DNA of 64,000 bases from Eledone cirrhosa (Eukaryota). Below, piece by piece: positions 30,300-45,823 of the stretch. How positions within the stretch are numbered: the first letter of the stretch is position 1; each line of letters opens with the position of its first letter. The position numbers and the translations under genes are program-made. Under the pieces are notes generated by a model, which was given only the letters and a program-made list of their open reading frames with translations, was not told where the DNA came from and did no database searches. The stretch lies in contig OZ024749.1 of the NCBI GenBank assembly GCA_964016885.1, forward strand, positions 42,718,001 through 42,782,000, in the 5' to 3' direction.

Positions 30300-30405
30300 G
30301 GATAAAGGTACTCAATACATTAGTAGAGTGTAAACATCATATTTAATATAGAAATGGTTGTCATTCCTGATCTAGTCTTGTAGAAGCTATCTCTATATTA
30401 AATAT
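30300..30405. mobile_element. Family E deleted palindrome
   Basis: TTTAATATAGAAATGG..TAGAAGCTATCTCTATATTAAA plus part of the tail. Confidence 0.65.
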
Positions 30406-30458
30406 ATATCTATCTGTCTCTCTCTCTCTATATATATATATGATACACACACACACAC

Positions 30459-30503
<45 letters not shown>

Positions 30504-30507
<4 letters not shown>

Positions 30508-30721
30508 GGAACCAGTAAGACCCCGACAGCTGAGCTCAAGCCGTTTCGACAGCTGAGCTCAAGCCGTTTCGACGGCTAATTCGCCGTCCAGAATTAGCCG
30601 TCGAAACGGCTTGAGCTCAGCTGTCGGGGTCTTACTGGTTCCTATTATCCACTCTACTACCTCAAGTATTGAGTACTTTGGTGCGTTATGGTCCACCTGG
30701 TTCCTTACCACATTTCCTTCG

Positions 30722-30723
<2 letters not shown>
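30504..30723 (+). mobile_element. Family D palindrome with tail and internal duplication
   Basis: Arms centred at ~30586. Confidence 0.8.
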
Positions 30724-30761
<38 letters not shown>

Positions 30762-32354
30762 TGAGTGTGTGTATCTGTGTGTTTATAAATATATCGTAAA
30801 TTTTAACAATTGTAACAAAAACAAAAGGCATAACGACAACAACAACAACAACAACAACGATAACAACAACAACAACAACAACAACAATCAACAACAACAG
30901 CAAGTGCAACACTGGCATCAACAGTTTCATGGAGTCATTAAGACAACAAAACATCATTATCGTCATTATGCACTAATTAGTTTCATATCCGCTGTGTGTT
31001 GTATTTAGTTAAGTGTAACGTTTTTATTGAGTGTATGTTAAACAACCTACTGTGTATATATATTTCAAATGAGTTGATTAAGTTTACAACAGGCTAGAGA
31101 GCAAGTAGCAATCAAGATGATACATATATATATATATATACGTGTGTGTGTGTGTGTGTGTGGTGTGGTATGTGTGTATATATATACATATATATAATTT
31201 CATCAAGCTAAGCGGAGAAGGAATGTTTTACTAATTTCATTTGTAGGAGATCGTGGGAATATATTTCGATGGTTTTTGTTTGTTGTTGCTGTTCTTGTTG
31301 CTGTTCTTGTTGTTGCTGTTCTTGTTGTTGCTGTTGTTGTTGTTGCTGTTGTTGTTGTTTTGTTTCAGATACTTTTAAATACGTTAACAAAGAAAGATAC
31401 ATTACATTGAAGTTGTAAAAGGTCATTGTGTCATTGGGTAAACAGGGTCTAAAATGATGGGGAGAGCGTACAACCAGTACAATGTTCGACAACTGGGAGG
31501 GCCATAGAGGGCGTCTTTGCTATCTGACACCAAACCCCTTCTTGATAAAACTTCTCAGTTGTCTTTTATTTTGAGCACAGACCCCGCACTCGCCCTCCAC
31601 ATTCGGACCTGAAATCAACCTTGTTCCATGTAAAAATCTCTCTCGGAAACCCTGTGAGTAAATGAAACATTTGTAGCTTCGCCGTTCCTTGTTACGGTAA
31701 ATACGAAGCATTTCTCAAATAGGTATGCAAGGCCTAAATTGAGATGATAGGTTTAGTCGATTATCTCGAATTCAAGACTCAACAGGTACTTATTTAACGA
31801 CCTAGATAAGAGAGAAATGAGCCTGGAAATTTAAGTAACTGAATGCCACAAAGAATTTTAACAGTCACTCTACCGATTCTGAAACTTCTAACCCCTTCCT
31901 AGGTTCAATTGATATATTAGCATGTGCTTTGAGGTAAAGTGGCCCACAGCAAAATTTCTAGTGAATTACTTGCAGCCTGATTCAGACCCTCGGTTCAATT
32001 ACAAGAGTACATTTCATCTCATACTCTAACAATTTGACAAATTCACCACCTTCAACTATTACTTTAGTTCATCAATTACAGTAGGATGATGAACAGAGTT
32101 TATCTCGGAAGTTTTGAACTCGGAGCACAGAGAGGCAAACTATATACTGGAAGTTGTCTAATCCATTTCTATCATCGATATGATTATTAACTAAATAACA
32201 ACTCAGACTCAGATTTGAAAGCGATTTCGGACGAATGAAATTACAAAATGCCATTACCTTTTTTAAGAGTATCGTAACACAAATGTAAAAGAAAAAAATT
32301 GGCTTAACCTATTGAATTAAATCAAGATCACGTGTTAGTTCCACAACTATATCA

Positions 32355-32540
32355 ATAATTGTTTCTACTTTTGGCACAAGGCCAGCAATTATCCAGTACA
32401 TTACTGGTACTTTATTTTATCGACCCCGTAAGCATGAAAGGCAAAGTTAACCTCGGCGGGATTTGAACTCAGAACATAAAGGGACGTGACTATGCTGCAA
32501 AGCATGGCGTCCAACCCTCTACTGATACTGCCAATCCACC
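32355..32540 (-). mobile_element. SINE family 1 copy
   Basis: Full-length match. Confidence 0.85.
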
Positions 32541-32953
32541 AATAATAAAACGTCAGGCATATCGATATTCTCGAGGAGTTAACTCCGTTGAAGTCACGCC
32601 TAGGGTATGAGGATAAGTACTCCACTTTCATCCATTAGACTCTGAGCCGCTGAAAATATAATATACAAAGCCATATTGACTGCTCAGATTCCAATTATCA
32701 AGGTTTGCTGCCTTTCGAACCCTCTTTGTTGTTACAGGATACTATCACTCCTTCCTCGCTAAACAGAGGGAAACGCATGACCACATATTCATTGCCGAAA
32801 TTGACTAGATAATTACTAATGATTTAATTCACACTAATTAAGCAGTTAATTATTTTCGGCGAAATAGGATGTCAGATCAAATCATTTCATACAATACGAT
32901 GTAAATCGTTGTAACTAATTGTAACTAACCTTCCTTTAACATCTAATTAATAT

Positions 32954-33090
32954 TCTTCCTCTTACTCTGCTGGTTCCAGATCAGGGCTTGGCGTGTGGAA
33001 TTGGATGCTGGTTGCCTAAGGGTTGCCTGAAGGTATGTCTAATCCAGCTCTGTTTTGCCACTGGTTCCTGTCCCGCTCCCTCAGATCTTC
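32954..33090 (-). mobile_element. RTE-clade LINE ORF2 C-terminal fragment
   Basis: Revcomp gives SWIRHTFRQP and TRQALIWNQQSKRK, matching the W-GH-LR / TRQAL-WNP-GKR motif. Confidence 0.65.
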
Positions 33091-33137
<47 letters not shown>

Positions 33138-33158
33138 GTATAATAAACAATACAATAT

Positions 33159-33236
33159 AATTACCTCATTACCAGAGGTTTCCCGAATAAGACGAATACA
33201 AGAAACGTCCGCATTCGTTCGTCAGACAAGGTAATT
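33159..33236 (-). ncRNA. Type-I hammerhead with 11 bp stem I
   Basis: Revcomp: AATTACCTTGT-CTGACGA-ACGAATGCGGACG..CGTCTTATTCGG-GAAA-CCTCTGG-TA-ATGAGGTAATT; between TA tracts. Confidence 0.8.
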
Positions 33237-33311
33237 TAAAACAGTGAAATATTTGAAAAATCTCAAGAAAGCCAAAAGTTTAACGGGCAAAAAAATATAT
33301 AAATAAAAGTC

Positions 33312-33348
<37 letters not shown>

Positions 33349-33440
33349 TAATAATAACATTTGTACTGCCTCTTCACGTCCACGTTTTTTGTTTTCTGTT
33401 TACTGTCCCAACTTTAAAATATATATATATATATATATAT

Positions 33441-33695
33441 CACCTCTGATCGATCGACAAGATCCCAGACCTCATTCGATTGCCGAGTGGGGTGGACCTC
33501 GTCAAATCGAACCAAGGAAACAATGTTTCCATTGGTCTTACCATTGCTGATACTATCTACCAGTCGCAACTCCTGGCAGAAAAAGCAACGTGAAATAAAG
33601 TGTCTTGCTCAAGGACATAACGCATCACCCTGTCCGAGAATTGAACTCGCAACCTCACGTTTGGGAATCCAACTCTCTAACCACTAAGCTACGCA
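33441..33695 (-). mobile_element. SINE family 2 near full-length copy (tRNA head, CORE-like body)
   Basis: Revcomp head TAGCTTAGTGGTTAGAG..GAGTTCAATTC; core AAGTGTCTTGCTCAAGGAC. Confidence 0.8.
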
Positions 33696-34104
33696 CATAC
33701 ATATATAAATAAACATATATAAGAGAGAGAGGAAAAAAAATATCTTAGAATAATTTTAATTCACAAAGAATCTATTTAGCTTTTAATATTCTCTGAAGCA
33801 ACCAACGTATTACTATTTTGTAATGAAAAGTTACGTCTTTAGAAGGTTGGACAGCATCGATTCTTGAATAGATTGAACTGTGAAGGGTATTAGCAATATA
33901 AATGGGTTGAAATAGGTGCACATATATTTGGTACTGGTACTCAGAGAACAGGTTAGATAATATATTTACTACAGAAACATGGTGAACAATAAAGAGAGAG
34001 ATAGAGAAAGTCATTTTGATGTAATGTCTATGAATAGCTTTTGAGATATGTGCGTGTGCGCCTGTGATGGAGTACGTGTGAGCGAATATCTATATGCATA
34101 TATA

Positions 34105-34205
34105 CAGGGTGTCCCCCCAAAAATGTATATATACTTCAGTAGCATTCTATTAAATATTGCCTGTACGGGTAATGAAACTGTGTATACATTTTTTGGGACG
34201 CCCTG
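34105..34205. mobile_element. ~100 bp Tc1/mariner MITE
   Basis: TA-CAGGGTGTCCC..GGGACGCCCTG-TA; copies at 56802-56902 and 59605-59702. Confidence 0.8.
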
Positions 34206-34237
34206 TATTTACATAGAGATTTGGTGTTGTATATGTG

Positions 34238-34296
<59 letters not shown>

Positions 34297-34300
34297 GGTG

Positions 34301-34340
34301 GGATAAAATGTCGACATTTCAGTATTCTCCTCAGTATAGA
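34301..34340 (-). ncRNA. Possible degenerate hammerhead
   Basis: Revcomp CTGAGGA-GAATACT-GAAA-TGTCGACA-TT; 10 nt palindromic stem III; stems I and II poor; 3' side abuts (TA)n. Confidence 0.35.
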
Positions 34341-35019
34341 AGACAATTATTTTTGTCAAAAAGTAAATTCTGCTTAGAAAACTAGAGAGGGAAGATAAGT
34401 ATAGAAATATTATTAATCGACATTTTTCACTGTTTCGTGGGTTTAGAGTAAATTATGGAAGATGCCATTAAGTTTGGTTTAGTATTATGGCATAAAAACA
34501 GTAGAACTAGTTGATTACTTACGACACAAAAGCCCTTTTATAATCGTAGAGTTATGACACATTCTAAGTCCAGTCGAGTTTATAACCATAACCTTTTATG
34601 GTCGATAAAAAAAAGACATACGTTTCATCTTCGTTGTTGTTACCGTTTACTCCCATATCAGTAGCAATTGAGAAGTCCTATGACCGTCACGTCATTATGT
34701 AGGGTATAATGGATCTAAAACAACATTATACCGTGTGTCATTCACCTTTTAAAAGAGACAGTAGTGTGTAGTTTGAGACAGATCTTTGGCTGTTATTTTC
34801 AGTAGACCGAACGACAAAGTATATACTCTCACATTGGCTTAAGACGTCAATATACTAGATTCATTCATCTTTCCCTCCTTTTAAATATTCTATGCACAAT
34901 TATATACATATATATACGTATATATACACACACATGAATATGTAAATATGTATTTATATGTGTGTGTGTGCTTATGTTTTTGTCTATTCTATATATTTGT
35001 ATAACACTTTTATACTCTC

Positions 35020-35103
<84 letters not shown>

Positions 35104-36833
35104 ATAACATCCTTATTCCGTCCCTATTTTATATAATTAGATATTTATAAATGCCTATACGTCATGTATTCTCTTTGTGTATCACATTTTATATGCATGA
35201 ATGGACACCAGTAGCAAATAAATAAAACTATTATTTCATTGCCTTCTTGTTAAATTCTATGTACAAAATCTTTTGGAGCTGACTTGAATTCCTGTATCCT
35301 ATCAGAATCGCCACATGAAATTCTAATACTATAATAGCATTAATTTAATCGAATCTTCCCCCTCTGTTACGAATATATAACCTTGTGACTATGGCAAATC
35401 CGTATGTTACACAAAGACTCAGAAAAGAATTACAATTAACAGGATGAAATATATTTAGAGAAAGAGACTTAGGAAGTTAGAGTGAAGTTTGAACTCAGAA
35501 GGTAATTGGAGTAACTAGTTTAACGTTAATACATATTTTTCTTTTACTATTTAGTCAGAAAAGGACTGTGGTTTCGACGTTGTACACTCTCTAAGACTGG
35601 CGGAAGGGAATGACTGTGGATGGTAGCCTCGAAGTGGAGACCTGGCCCAAATTCTTGTAACAGGTGACTCTGATAAAGCCCCTAAAAGCCAGTTGCTGGT
35701 GGTGCTAAAGTGGGTAATGGTGGTTGTGTTATACTGTATGGTGGATTACCTCAACAAACCAATCAGACCATGGTGGAATCTCAATTTAGATCGCACCCGG
35801 CTGCTAAAAAATAACACAAGCAAGTAGTTTCTTCTCGAAGAATTCCACCAACCACCCGCGCATGACTGGTATATTATAACCTTCTGACAAGAGTTTGAAT
35901 TAAAAAGTTGGCCATCGATTGATTTGAACTCAAAGCCTCACCTCGACACACAAAAAAAAAAAAATCCTGTCAAATCAATGGTGGCAGTAGTAACAGCTGC
36001 ACGTATCGAAATACTGGTGAAGTGGTTCTGAGAACAATGTGGCTTTGCAGATGATCAATGTAAATTGACAATGGAAAGGCGCTCCCGCTCGAGTTAGAAC
36101 AGAACTATTGACCTTCAGGAGAAGCAGCGACCCCTGATTGTATTCAGCAACCGAAACAAATATGAAGTACACCAAATCCAATGCTACTAGGGGCGGCCCT
36201 GGTTCTTCTTATTTGCGAGAGTAAACTCGGCCAGATTAGATTAGATTAGATCGTATAGAAAATAATTTCACTCACAAACCGTTGGTAAGCCTGAAATAAT
36301 ATTAGAAAAGAAAAGAAACAAAACGCTAGCCGAAGGCGCCACGCAGTTGGACTGAACCCAAAACCACATGACAGTGACGTTAACTCCTTAATCAAACAGC
36401 CTTTCCTGTATATACAATAGCAGGTTATACTATTTCTAAATTAATAAACTGCCTTTAACCTTTCCTAAGAATGTAATCTTTCATTTTTCTAGACTGCGAG
36501 AATATATTAATATTGTCAAGAAAGTTTTTAACTGAGAAGAAAATATAGACTAACATATCTATCAACAAAATATGTGGAAACGGAGAATTTAATAAGCAAC
36601 AACAACAGAAGCAACAGCAATAAATACAAAAAAGAGATACAATGTTCTTTACTATATAATGAATCAACTGTTTTGTCTGGAGTTGGTGGAACAAAGTAGG
36701 TTTTGTTTGAAAGGTAATTATAGTTTAGTGCCCTCTCGAGTTCAGACTAACATGTAATCTCTGGTGCCGACAGCAGGTAGGCTAGATCTTTAGAGATGTC
36801 GAAACATATATACACACACGTGTGTCTGTGTGG

Positions 36834-36907
<74 letters not shown>

Positions 36908-37257
36908 CTATACATATACATATATATACTTATATACAGACATACACATTTATATGTATACATACACATACATATCCATGTAGAAAGTATACATATATAT
37001 ATATAACGTATATATGCATGAAGGTGTTTGTCTATGTGTATGTGTAGATATATACATATTTATATATATATATATATAGAGAGAGATATAGGCGCTTGTG
37101 TTTTCCTGTACATGTATATAACAGATAATATAATAGAGAGAAGGTTTCTTGTTTTCAAAAATATTTATTTTGATTCACAACTTTCAAGGCTTGACAATGT
37201 ACAACAAATACGCTTTTATATCTTGGACATAGATAAGATTTTTGAAACTTCCCTCAC

Positions 37258-37320
<63 letters not shown>

Positions 37321-37968
37321 GTATATATTGTGTACGTGTTCGTCTGCATACGTTTGTGTATGAAAATATATAGACATATGTATACATATAAACACACACA
37401 CAACACACCACACATTAAATATATATATATATATATATTATATGGGTGTGTGTGTGTGTTATTAAGTACACACATGTCTATATATTTTCATACACGCATA
37501 TACATACATATGCATAAGCACACAAATAAACACCCATTATATATTTACATGAAGTAGTCGGTTTTACCCCGTATCATAATCTTCACATACATATGTGCCC
37601 TTTAACATAAATAATAAAAAGCTCATCACATGTTTTTAATAAACAAAACTTTCTACACAGATCTTACAGGTTTGAAATGTTGATTTTTACTGATCAGGGA
37701 TATCGAGATACAAATTGAAGAAGAAAATATATAGTATGAGGGTCGGCTGACCAGGATACTCTCATGGAATGACCAAATGAGGTTTACTTTTCAATATTGT
37801 CTCTGAAAAGAAGTGAAATGTCTTGTTCATGGACACAACTCGCCACTAATTCCGGGGATCGAAATCACCCTCTTACGATCGTGAGTACAGCACAATTTCC
37901 TCAAGGCCCCATATTTACACTTCCTTTGTTTGAATAGTAGTTATTATTATTATTATTTTTATTATTAG

Positions 37969-38310
37969 GGTAGTGGATTGGCTGTATAGAGAGAGCGTCA
38001 GGTATCATGCTTTGTAGCAGAGAATTGTGGCCCGTTATGTTCTGATTTCAAATCCCACCGAGGTTAACTTTGCCTTTCATCCTTACGAGGTCGATAAATG
38101 AAGTATTAGTAATAACACTGGAGTCGATTTAATCAACTTTCTCCTCCTTCAATATTGTTGACCTTATGCCTAAATCAGAAAAGATTATTATTAGTTCAAA
38201 TCCCGCCGAGGTTAGCTTTGCCTTTCATCCTTACGGGGTGGATAAAATAAAGTACCAGTAATGTACTGGGGTAATTGATGGCCTTGTGCCAAAAGTAGAA
38301 ACAATTATTA
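37969..38310 (+). mobile_element. SINE family 1, one long copy plus a 5'-truncated second copy
   Basis: Core repeated at ~38070 and ~38220. Confidence 0.8.
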
Positions 38311-38317
38311 TTTCAAA

Positions 38318-38590
38318 TCAAAGAATGACCATGATTTTGCACCTAGAAAGTTTCACTCCGAGGCACAAGCCTGGGCAAGGTTTGTTTTGTGGAAGACTAG
38401 CAGTCGCCCATGCATACCAGTCTCCCCTCTCCATGCCACTGATGTTATCCAAGAGAAAGACAATGACCGATACAGCTTGGCACCAGTGACGTCGCAATCC
38501 ACTTCTACAGCTGAGTAAAATGGAGCAACGTGAAATAAAGTGTCTTACTCTAGAACATAGCGCATAACCCGGTCCGAGAATCGAACTCAC
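38318..38590 (-). mobile_element. CORE-like SINE with a different 3' tail
   Basis: GGAGCAACGTGAAATAAAGTGTCTTACTC core and GAATCGAACTC B-box complement. Confidence 0.7.
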
Positions 38591-39180
38591 CAGTACTTTT
38601 TAAGCATGCGACTTTCAATCTGTTGGACAACGAATCTTGAGGTGACGTCGATGTCACCATGACATTTGATATGCGAATATAAACTTTAGTTACGGAATTA
38701 TTCAAAAGTTATTCTAAAACAAAATATACCCGAGTCCCACCTTTAACCTTTCCCCCCTGAAACTCATTTGTTCTATGATTAACGTGTTAAAAAATACATA
38801 AATTAACGAGAAAGAGTTGACATTTTAGATAAATTCTTTAAATCATCCTTTTCCTTATAATTTCTTTCTCAAATTCTGATACAATTTCCGTCGCAAATGT
38901 TCGTTGTAGTTGATTTTAATTAAACCACTGTAAAACTACTTAACCTCGCTCTCAACCTCCGTTCCTTTAATATAACAATAAAAGATGTTAAAATAAATGT
39001 CAGCAATTGTATTTTAAACAGAAATAAATTACGAGGCAAACCAAAGAGTTTCCACATGGTCGCTAGAGTTGTTAGAAATAGCCATAGACTTTCACTCAAA
39101 CCATAGTCTACATCCTTGTAAGAATAGCAAAGATTAGGATAAATGGTGGGACGAGTGGATTTTGATTTGGTGAATAATAT

Positions 39181-39502
39181 ACAAGGGTAGGTTGACTATG
39201 AAGGAGTGATGCTAGAGCTGTGAAATCGTGTATGCATTAATTTCAACTCTTCTTATTAATAACGGCATTATTTCTTTCCAGGGACTATGTTGAAAAATAA
39301 ACCTCATTTGGTCATTCCATGAAAGTATCTTGGTCAGGCTATGAAGGAGTGATGTTAGAGCTGTGAAATCGTGCATGCATTAATTTCAACTCTTAATAAC
39401 TGAATTATTTCTTTCCCAGGACTATGTTGAAAAATAAACCTCATTTGTTCATTCCATGAGAGTATCTTGGTTAGCCTAATATCTTTTCAACCGACCCTCC
39501 TA
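39181..39502. mobile_element. mariner-type MITE with ~140 bp internal tandem duplication
   Basis: CTATGAAGGAGTGATG..GTATCTTGG occurs twice; termini resemble the 20463 family. Confidence 0.75.
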
Positions 39503-39586
39503 GTTCCAGATAGCCTTAAAAGGGTGGGTCAAGACTAAACTGCCTTTGATGACAGATCAACTGGATCAAGGGTGACCATGGGATAA

Positions 39587-40562
39587 AGAACAGCAACAAC
39601 AACAACAGCAAATGCAACACAAGAAGCAACAACAACAACAACAAAAATACCAGCAACAGTGATTGTAACAGCAAAAAATAAAATAAAATGAAATAAAATA
39701 AAATAAACACCAGCAACAGTGACAACAGCAAAAACAACAACAACAACAACATAAACAGCAATGGCAGCAACAAAAATGGCAACATCAGCAGCAGCCACAA
39801 CAACAACAACAACAACAAACACAATCTATGACAGCAACAGAAACGGCATGATCATCAGCAACCGCCACAACAACAATAACAACAGTAGCAGCAATAACAA
39901 CAACAACAGCAGCAACAGCGACAACAACAAAACCAGTAATAACAACAACAACAACAACAGCGGTCGTGGCAGCAACAATAACAACAACAACGACAACAGC
40001 AGCATCATCATCAGCAACAAAAACAAAACCAGCAACAATAACAACAACAACAACAACAGCAGCGGCGGTCGTGGCAGCACCGACAACAGCAGCAGACGCA
40101 ACAGTGACAACAACAAAACCAGTAACAACAACAACAACCACAACAACAGCGGTCATGGCAGCATAGACAACAACAACAACAGCATTAGCATCATCAGCAG
40201 CAACAAAAACAAAAAAGCAATAACAACAACAGCAACAGCAGCGGTTCTGGCAGCACAGACAACAACAGCAGCAGCAACAAAACCAGTAACAACAACAGCA
40301 ACAACAACAACAATCATGGCATCATAGACAACAACAACAACAACATCATTCATCATCATCATCATCATCAGCAACAAATACAAATTAGCAATAATAACAA
40401 CAGCAACAGCAGCGGTTCTGGCAGCACAGACGACGACAACAGCAGCAGCAACAAAACCAGTAACAACAACAACAGCAACAGCGGTCGTGGCATCATAGAC
40501 AACAACAACATCATCATCATCATCATCAGCAACAAAAACAAAATAGCAAAAACTACAATAAC
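39587..40562. repeat. (AAC/AGC/ATC) trinucleotide array with higher-order units
   Basis: Recurrent AACAAAACCAGTAAC and AGCGGTCGTGGCAGC anchors. Confidence 0.85.
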
Positions 40563-41740
40563 AGTAAAATTAAATGGCCAAATGAGATGTATTTTGAGAA
40601 CGTGTATTATGTCCGACATTTTGAATGGAGATTAATGAGTTCGGATTCAGTTACAGTCAAGTAACAAAATATATGTATAAAATAAAATAAATATTTAAAA
40701 TAAATATATAAATATATATATAAAAAATAAAATAAAATAAATATATAAATATATATATATATATATAAATAAAATAAAATAAAATAAATATATAAATATA
40801 TATATATATATATAAATAAAATAAAATAAAATAAGTATATAAAATAAATATATAAATATATATAGAAAAAATAAAATAAAATAAGTATATAAAATAAATA
40901 CATGGGCGGTGCCCCAGCATGGCCTCGGCCGGTTGGCTGGAACAGGTAAAAGAGTAAATATATATAAAATAAATAAATGTATAAATTAGAAAATAATAAA
41001 ATATATATAAATTAAAATAAAATAAATAAATATATATATAAATAAATGTATGTATAAATAAATAAATAAACAGATAAATGTAGAAAATGGAACAAAATAA
41101 AATAAATCTAAAAATATAAAATGGAAATTTGAGTTACGACAGCTTTCAGATATTGTCAGGTTTCTGGTATTAAAAGTCACCAGGAAGAGTAATTTCGGCT
41201 TGTAACCATAGGATTTAATTTTGTATGTATGTGTATATGCATGTATGTATACGTGTATGCTATTGGTCTTGATTTTTAGCTGAGTGTACTGGAGTAACGT
41301 GAAATTATGTGTTTTTCTCTGGAAAACAACACACAACCCAATCTAGGAATCCAACCCTGGATATTATAATCGTAAGTCCAACACCTTTACGACTAGGTTA
41401 CGCCCCTCCACTGAGAAACTTTAGGTGTAATTAATTTTATATGTTCACCCAGTGAAAACTTCCAACGAATAAATTTGGTACGAAAGCGAGAAAAAACGAT
41501 TGATTTTTACCCAGGTATATTGCTGTTACGTTTTCCTGTCAACGAGAAGAGCCTCTAATTGGTAACAAACACGGCTAGAAATAACAGCGAAATCTCACTC
41601 AACTCATGCCCCGGTGTTATGAAAATAACCAAAGTCACATTAAATGATATAATCTTTGATACTCTTTGCCAGCGTAAAATTGTTGGAGTGGTGGAGTGGG
41701 CATGACTTGAAATCCTTTGGCCACAGATCTGCGCTGTCAA

Positions 41741-43590
41741 TAATGGTTTCTGATTTAGGCCCAAGGCCAACGATTTTTGGAGGAGGGGAAAGTTGACTAA
41801 ATCGACTCCTGTGCATTACTGGTACTTTATTTTATCGACCCGTAAAGATGAAAGTCAAACCTAACATCGGTAGGATTTGAACTCAGAACGTAAAAGGCCA
41901 TACGTTTTGAGTTCAAATCCCGCCTACATTAGCTAAGATCGTAAAGGAGCGTAACTCTATGCCATAAAGAATGTTGTCCGATGCTCCACTGATACTACCT
42001 ATCCATCAACATTGACAGAGTATTTGGCAACGAAAAAATATCAGCAGCTGTCACAACAATATTATTAACAGTATTTGGTTGGTGGATTGGCAGTATCAGT
42101 AGAGGGTCTGACGCCATGTTTTCCAGCATAGTTATGTCTCTTTACGGTCTGAGTTCAAATCCCGTCGAGGTTAACTTTGCCTTTCATCCTTACGGGGTCG
42201 ATAAAATAAAGTACCAGTAATACACTGAGTAATTGCTGGCCTTGTGCCTAACGTAGAAACAATTATTAACAGTATTTGGGTGGTGGATTAGCAGTATCGG
42301 TAGAGGGTCTGACGCCATGTTTTCCAGCATAGTTATGTCTCTTTACGGTCTGAGTTCAAATCCCGCCGAGGTTAACTTTGCCTTTCATCCTTACGGGGGT
42401 CGATAAAATAAAGTACCAGTAATGCACTGGGTAATTGCTGGCCTTGTGTCAAAACAAGTAGAAACAATGATTAACAGTAACAACAGCTATCACCAATATT
42501 ACTTCCTATATCTGCCAAATGGATGCTATATCTCTTTATTAAATGGAGCTCTTAATTTTGTTTCCTCTTCAGACTAAAACAACACAGTTAATAATTTTGA
42601 TTTCTATTATTAAATGTTTTAATAAGGATTGGCAGAATCCTAAATATGTCTGAAAATATGCTTCGTGGCATTTAGTTACGTTCTGAATATGAATTCCATC
42701 GAGGTTAGCTTTGCCTTTCATTCTTACGAGGTCGATAAAAAAAGTACCAGTAAAACACTGGGGTCGATTTAATCGACTTTCCCCCCTCCCCGAAAAATTG
42801 CTGGCCTTGTGCTTAAATCAGAAACCATTATTAAATGTATCAATAATGATTGACAAAATCATAAGAATGTCGGATAAAATGCTTTGCGGCATTTAGTTAC
42901 GGTCTGAGTTCAAATCCCACCGAGATTATCTTTCCCTTTCATGTTTACAGGGCGGACAATATAAAGTACCAGTAAAGTACTGGTGCTAATTTAACCAGTT
43001 TTCTATTTTCGCAAATTGTTGCCCTTGATACTCATTTATAGATGAGGGTGGTGGATTGGCAGTATCGGTAGAAGGTCGGACGCCATGTTATACAGCATAG
43101 AGTTCAAATCCCGCCGAGGTTAACTTTGCCTTTCATCCTTACTGGATCGATAAAATACCGTACCAGCAATACACCGGGACAATTGCTGGCCTTGTGCCAA
43201 AAGTAGAAACAATTATTAGATGTATTAAGAGCAAGAGACCCCGAAGTAAACCTCGAGCAAGATGGTTTGATAACATCCATGAGCTTGGCTGATAACGCTT
43301 CGGGATACAGCCGGATCAGTTGGAGACGGTTGCTTCTGACAGGATCCACTGGAAGGAATGTTTGAGGACTCCGCCCCTACAACACTCTCACGAATAAGTG
43401 GGCGGCGAAGAAGAAGAAATATTAATAGCGAAAAATTAGTTTAGAATTTCTACGTTGTGTTCAAACCTAACCGATGTCAACTTTGCATTTCATCCCTCCT
43501 GGGACGATACGATAAAGTGACAGTTACTGTGTTCAAATAGTCAACTTACCTCATTTTCCACAAATTGCTAGATGTAGAATTAGTCATCAC
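41741..43590. mobile_element. Cluster of about 7 SINE family 1 copies (41741-42008 on -, the remainder on +)
   Basis: Repeated core and A/B boxes; tandem pair 42078-42470. Confidence 0.85.
43229..43418 (+). mobile_element. RTE-clade LINE 3' end
   Basis: Translates KRPRSKPRARWFDNIHELG..LETVASDRIHWKECL; (GAA)n tail. Confidence 0.8.
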
Positions 43591-43763
43591 GACACGAGAC
43601 CGACATAATTGATGCAGAAAATGACGCCAGACTATCGCACATTTTAATTCCTTGTCGACTCCAGTTCAACATTTTAAGCTAAATAAACACTTGTGCTTAA
43701 TTAGCTTTACTGAGTACTGAAGATTTCTCTGTGCCCAAGTAGTTCCAGGTTCGATTCCAGTGA

Positions 43764-43821
<58 letters not shown>

Positions 43822-43959
43822 AGTCTCTCGGTGGTGAGACTGTGGCGGCCACAAATCTTGGGAGTAGCCAATACATGGGGAGATGTAGAGTGAGTATAGA
43901 GGAAGGTAGAAACCTAAACAGATTAGAGCAAACATCACGGACGCTCTATCTCAAAATTA

Positions 43960-43995
43960 TTTTTGAAAAGCATTAGAAATGCGCAACCGGTAAAA
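43960..43995 (+). ncRNA. U3-A8 hammerhead variant, diverged relative of family B (A13C)
   Basis: TTT-TTGAAAA-GCAT tagaa ATGC-GCAA-CCGG-TA-AAA; upstream sequence aligns to the family B leader. Confidence 0.6.
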
Positions 43996-44105
43996 CTTAA
44001 AACCAAAACTGAATACTAACCAATACTATTACTAATTTTTACTTATTACTAATTAAACTATTTTTCACTGGGAACAATTTGTCAACATTTTCTTTTCCTT
44101 TTACC

Positions 44106-45659
<1,554 letters not shown>

Positions 45660-45660
<1 letters not shown>

Positions 45661-45745
45661 TTGTTATACTTTGGGAGGGTCATGTTGCCAATAAGAAACA
45701 CACGCACAAGTTGCTTTCACTTCAATTTATAATATATATAAATTT
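45660..45745 (-). mobile_element. Family C arm fragment
   Basis: Matches 4203-4290 with the same terminus. Confidence 0.75.
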
Positions 45746-45781
45746 ATGTTTATTGCCTCTGTAATTTGTCTAAACATTATT

Positions 45782-45820
<39 letters not shown>

Positions 45821-45823
<3 letters not shown>

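Noticed and set aside
32970-33022. Plus-strand mini-exon (CAG..AAG|GTATGT)
   Set aside because: Better explained as an RTE ORF2 fragment on the minus strand
33630-33695. tRNA genes (also 43700-43765 and SINE heads)
   Set aside because: A/B boxes belong to SINE heads; no complete cloverleaf
36181-36250. Signal-peptide-like MLLGAALVLLICESKLG
   Set aside because: Stops after about 22 codons with no convincing splice donor
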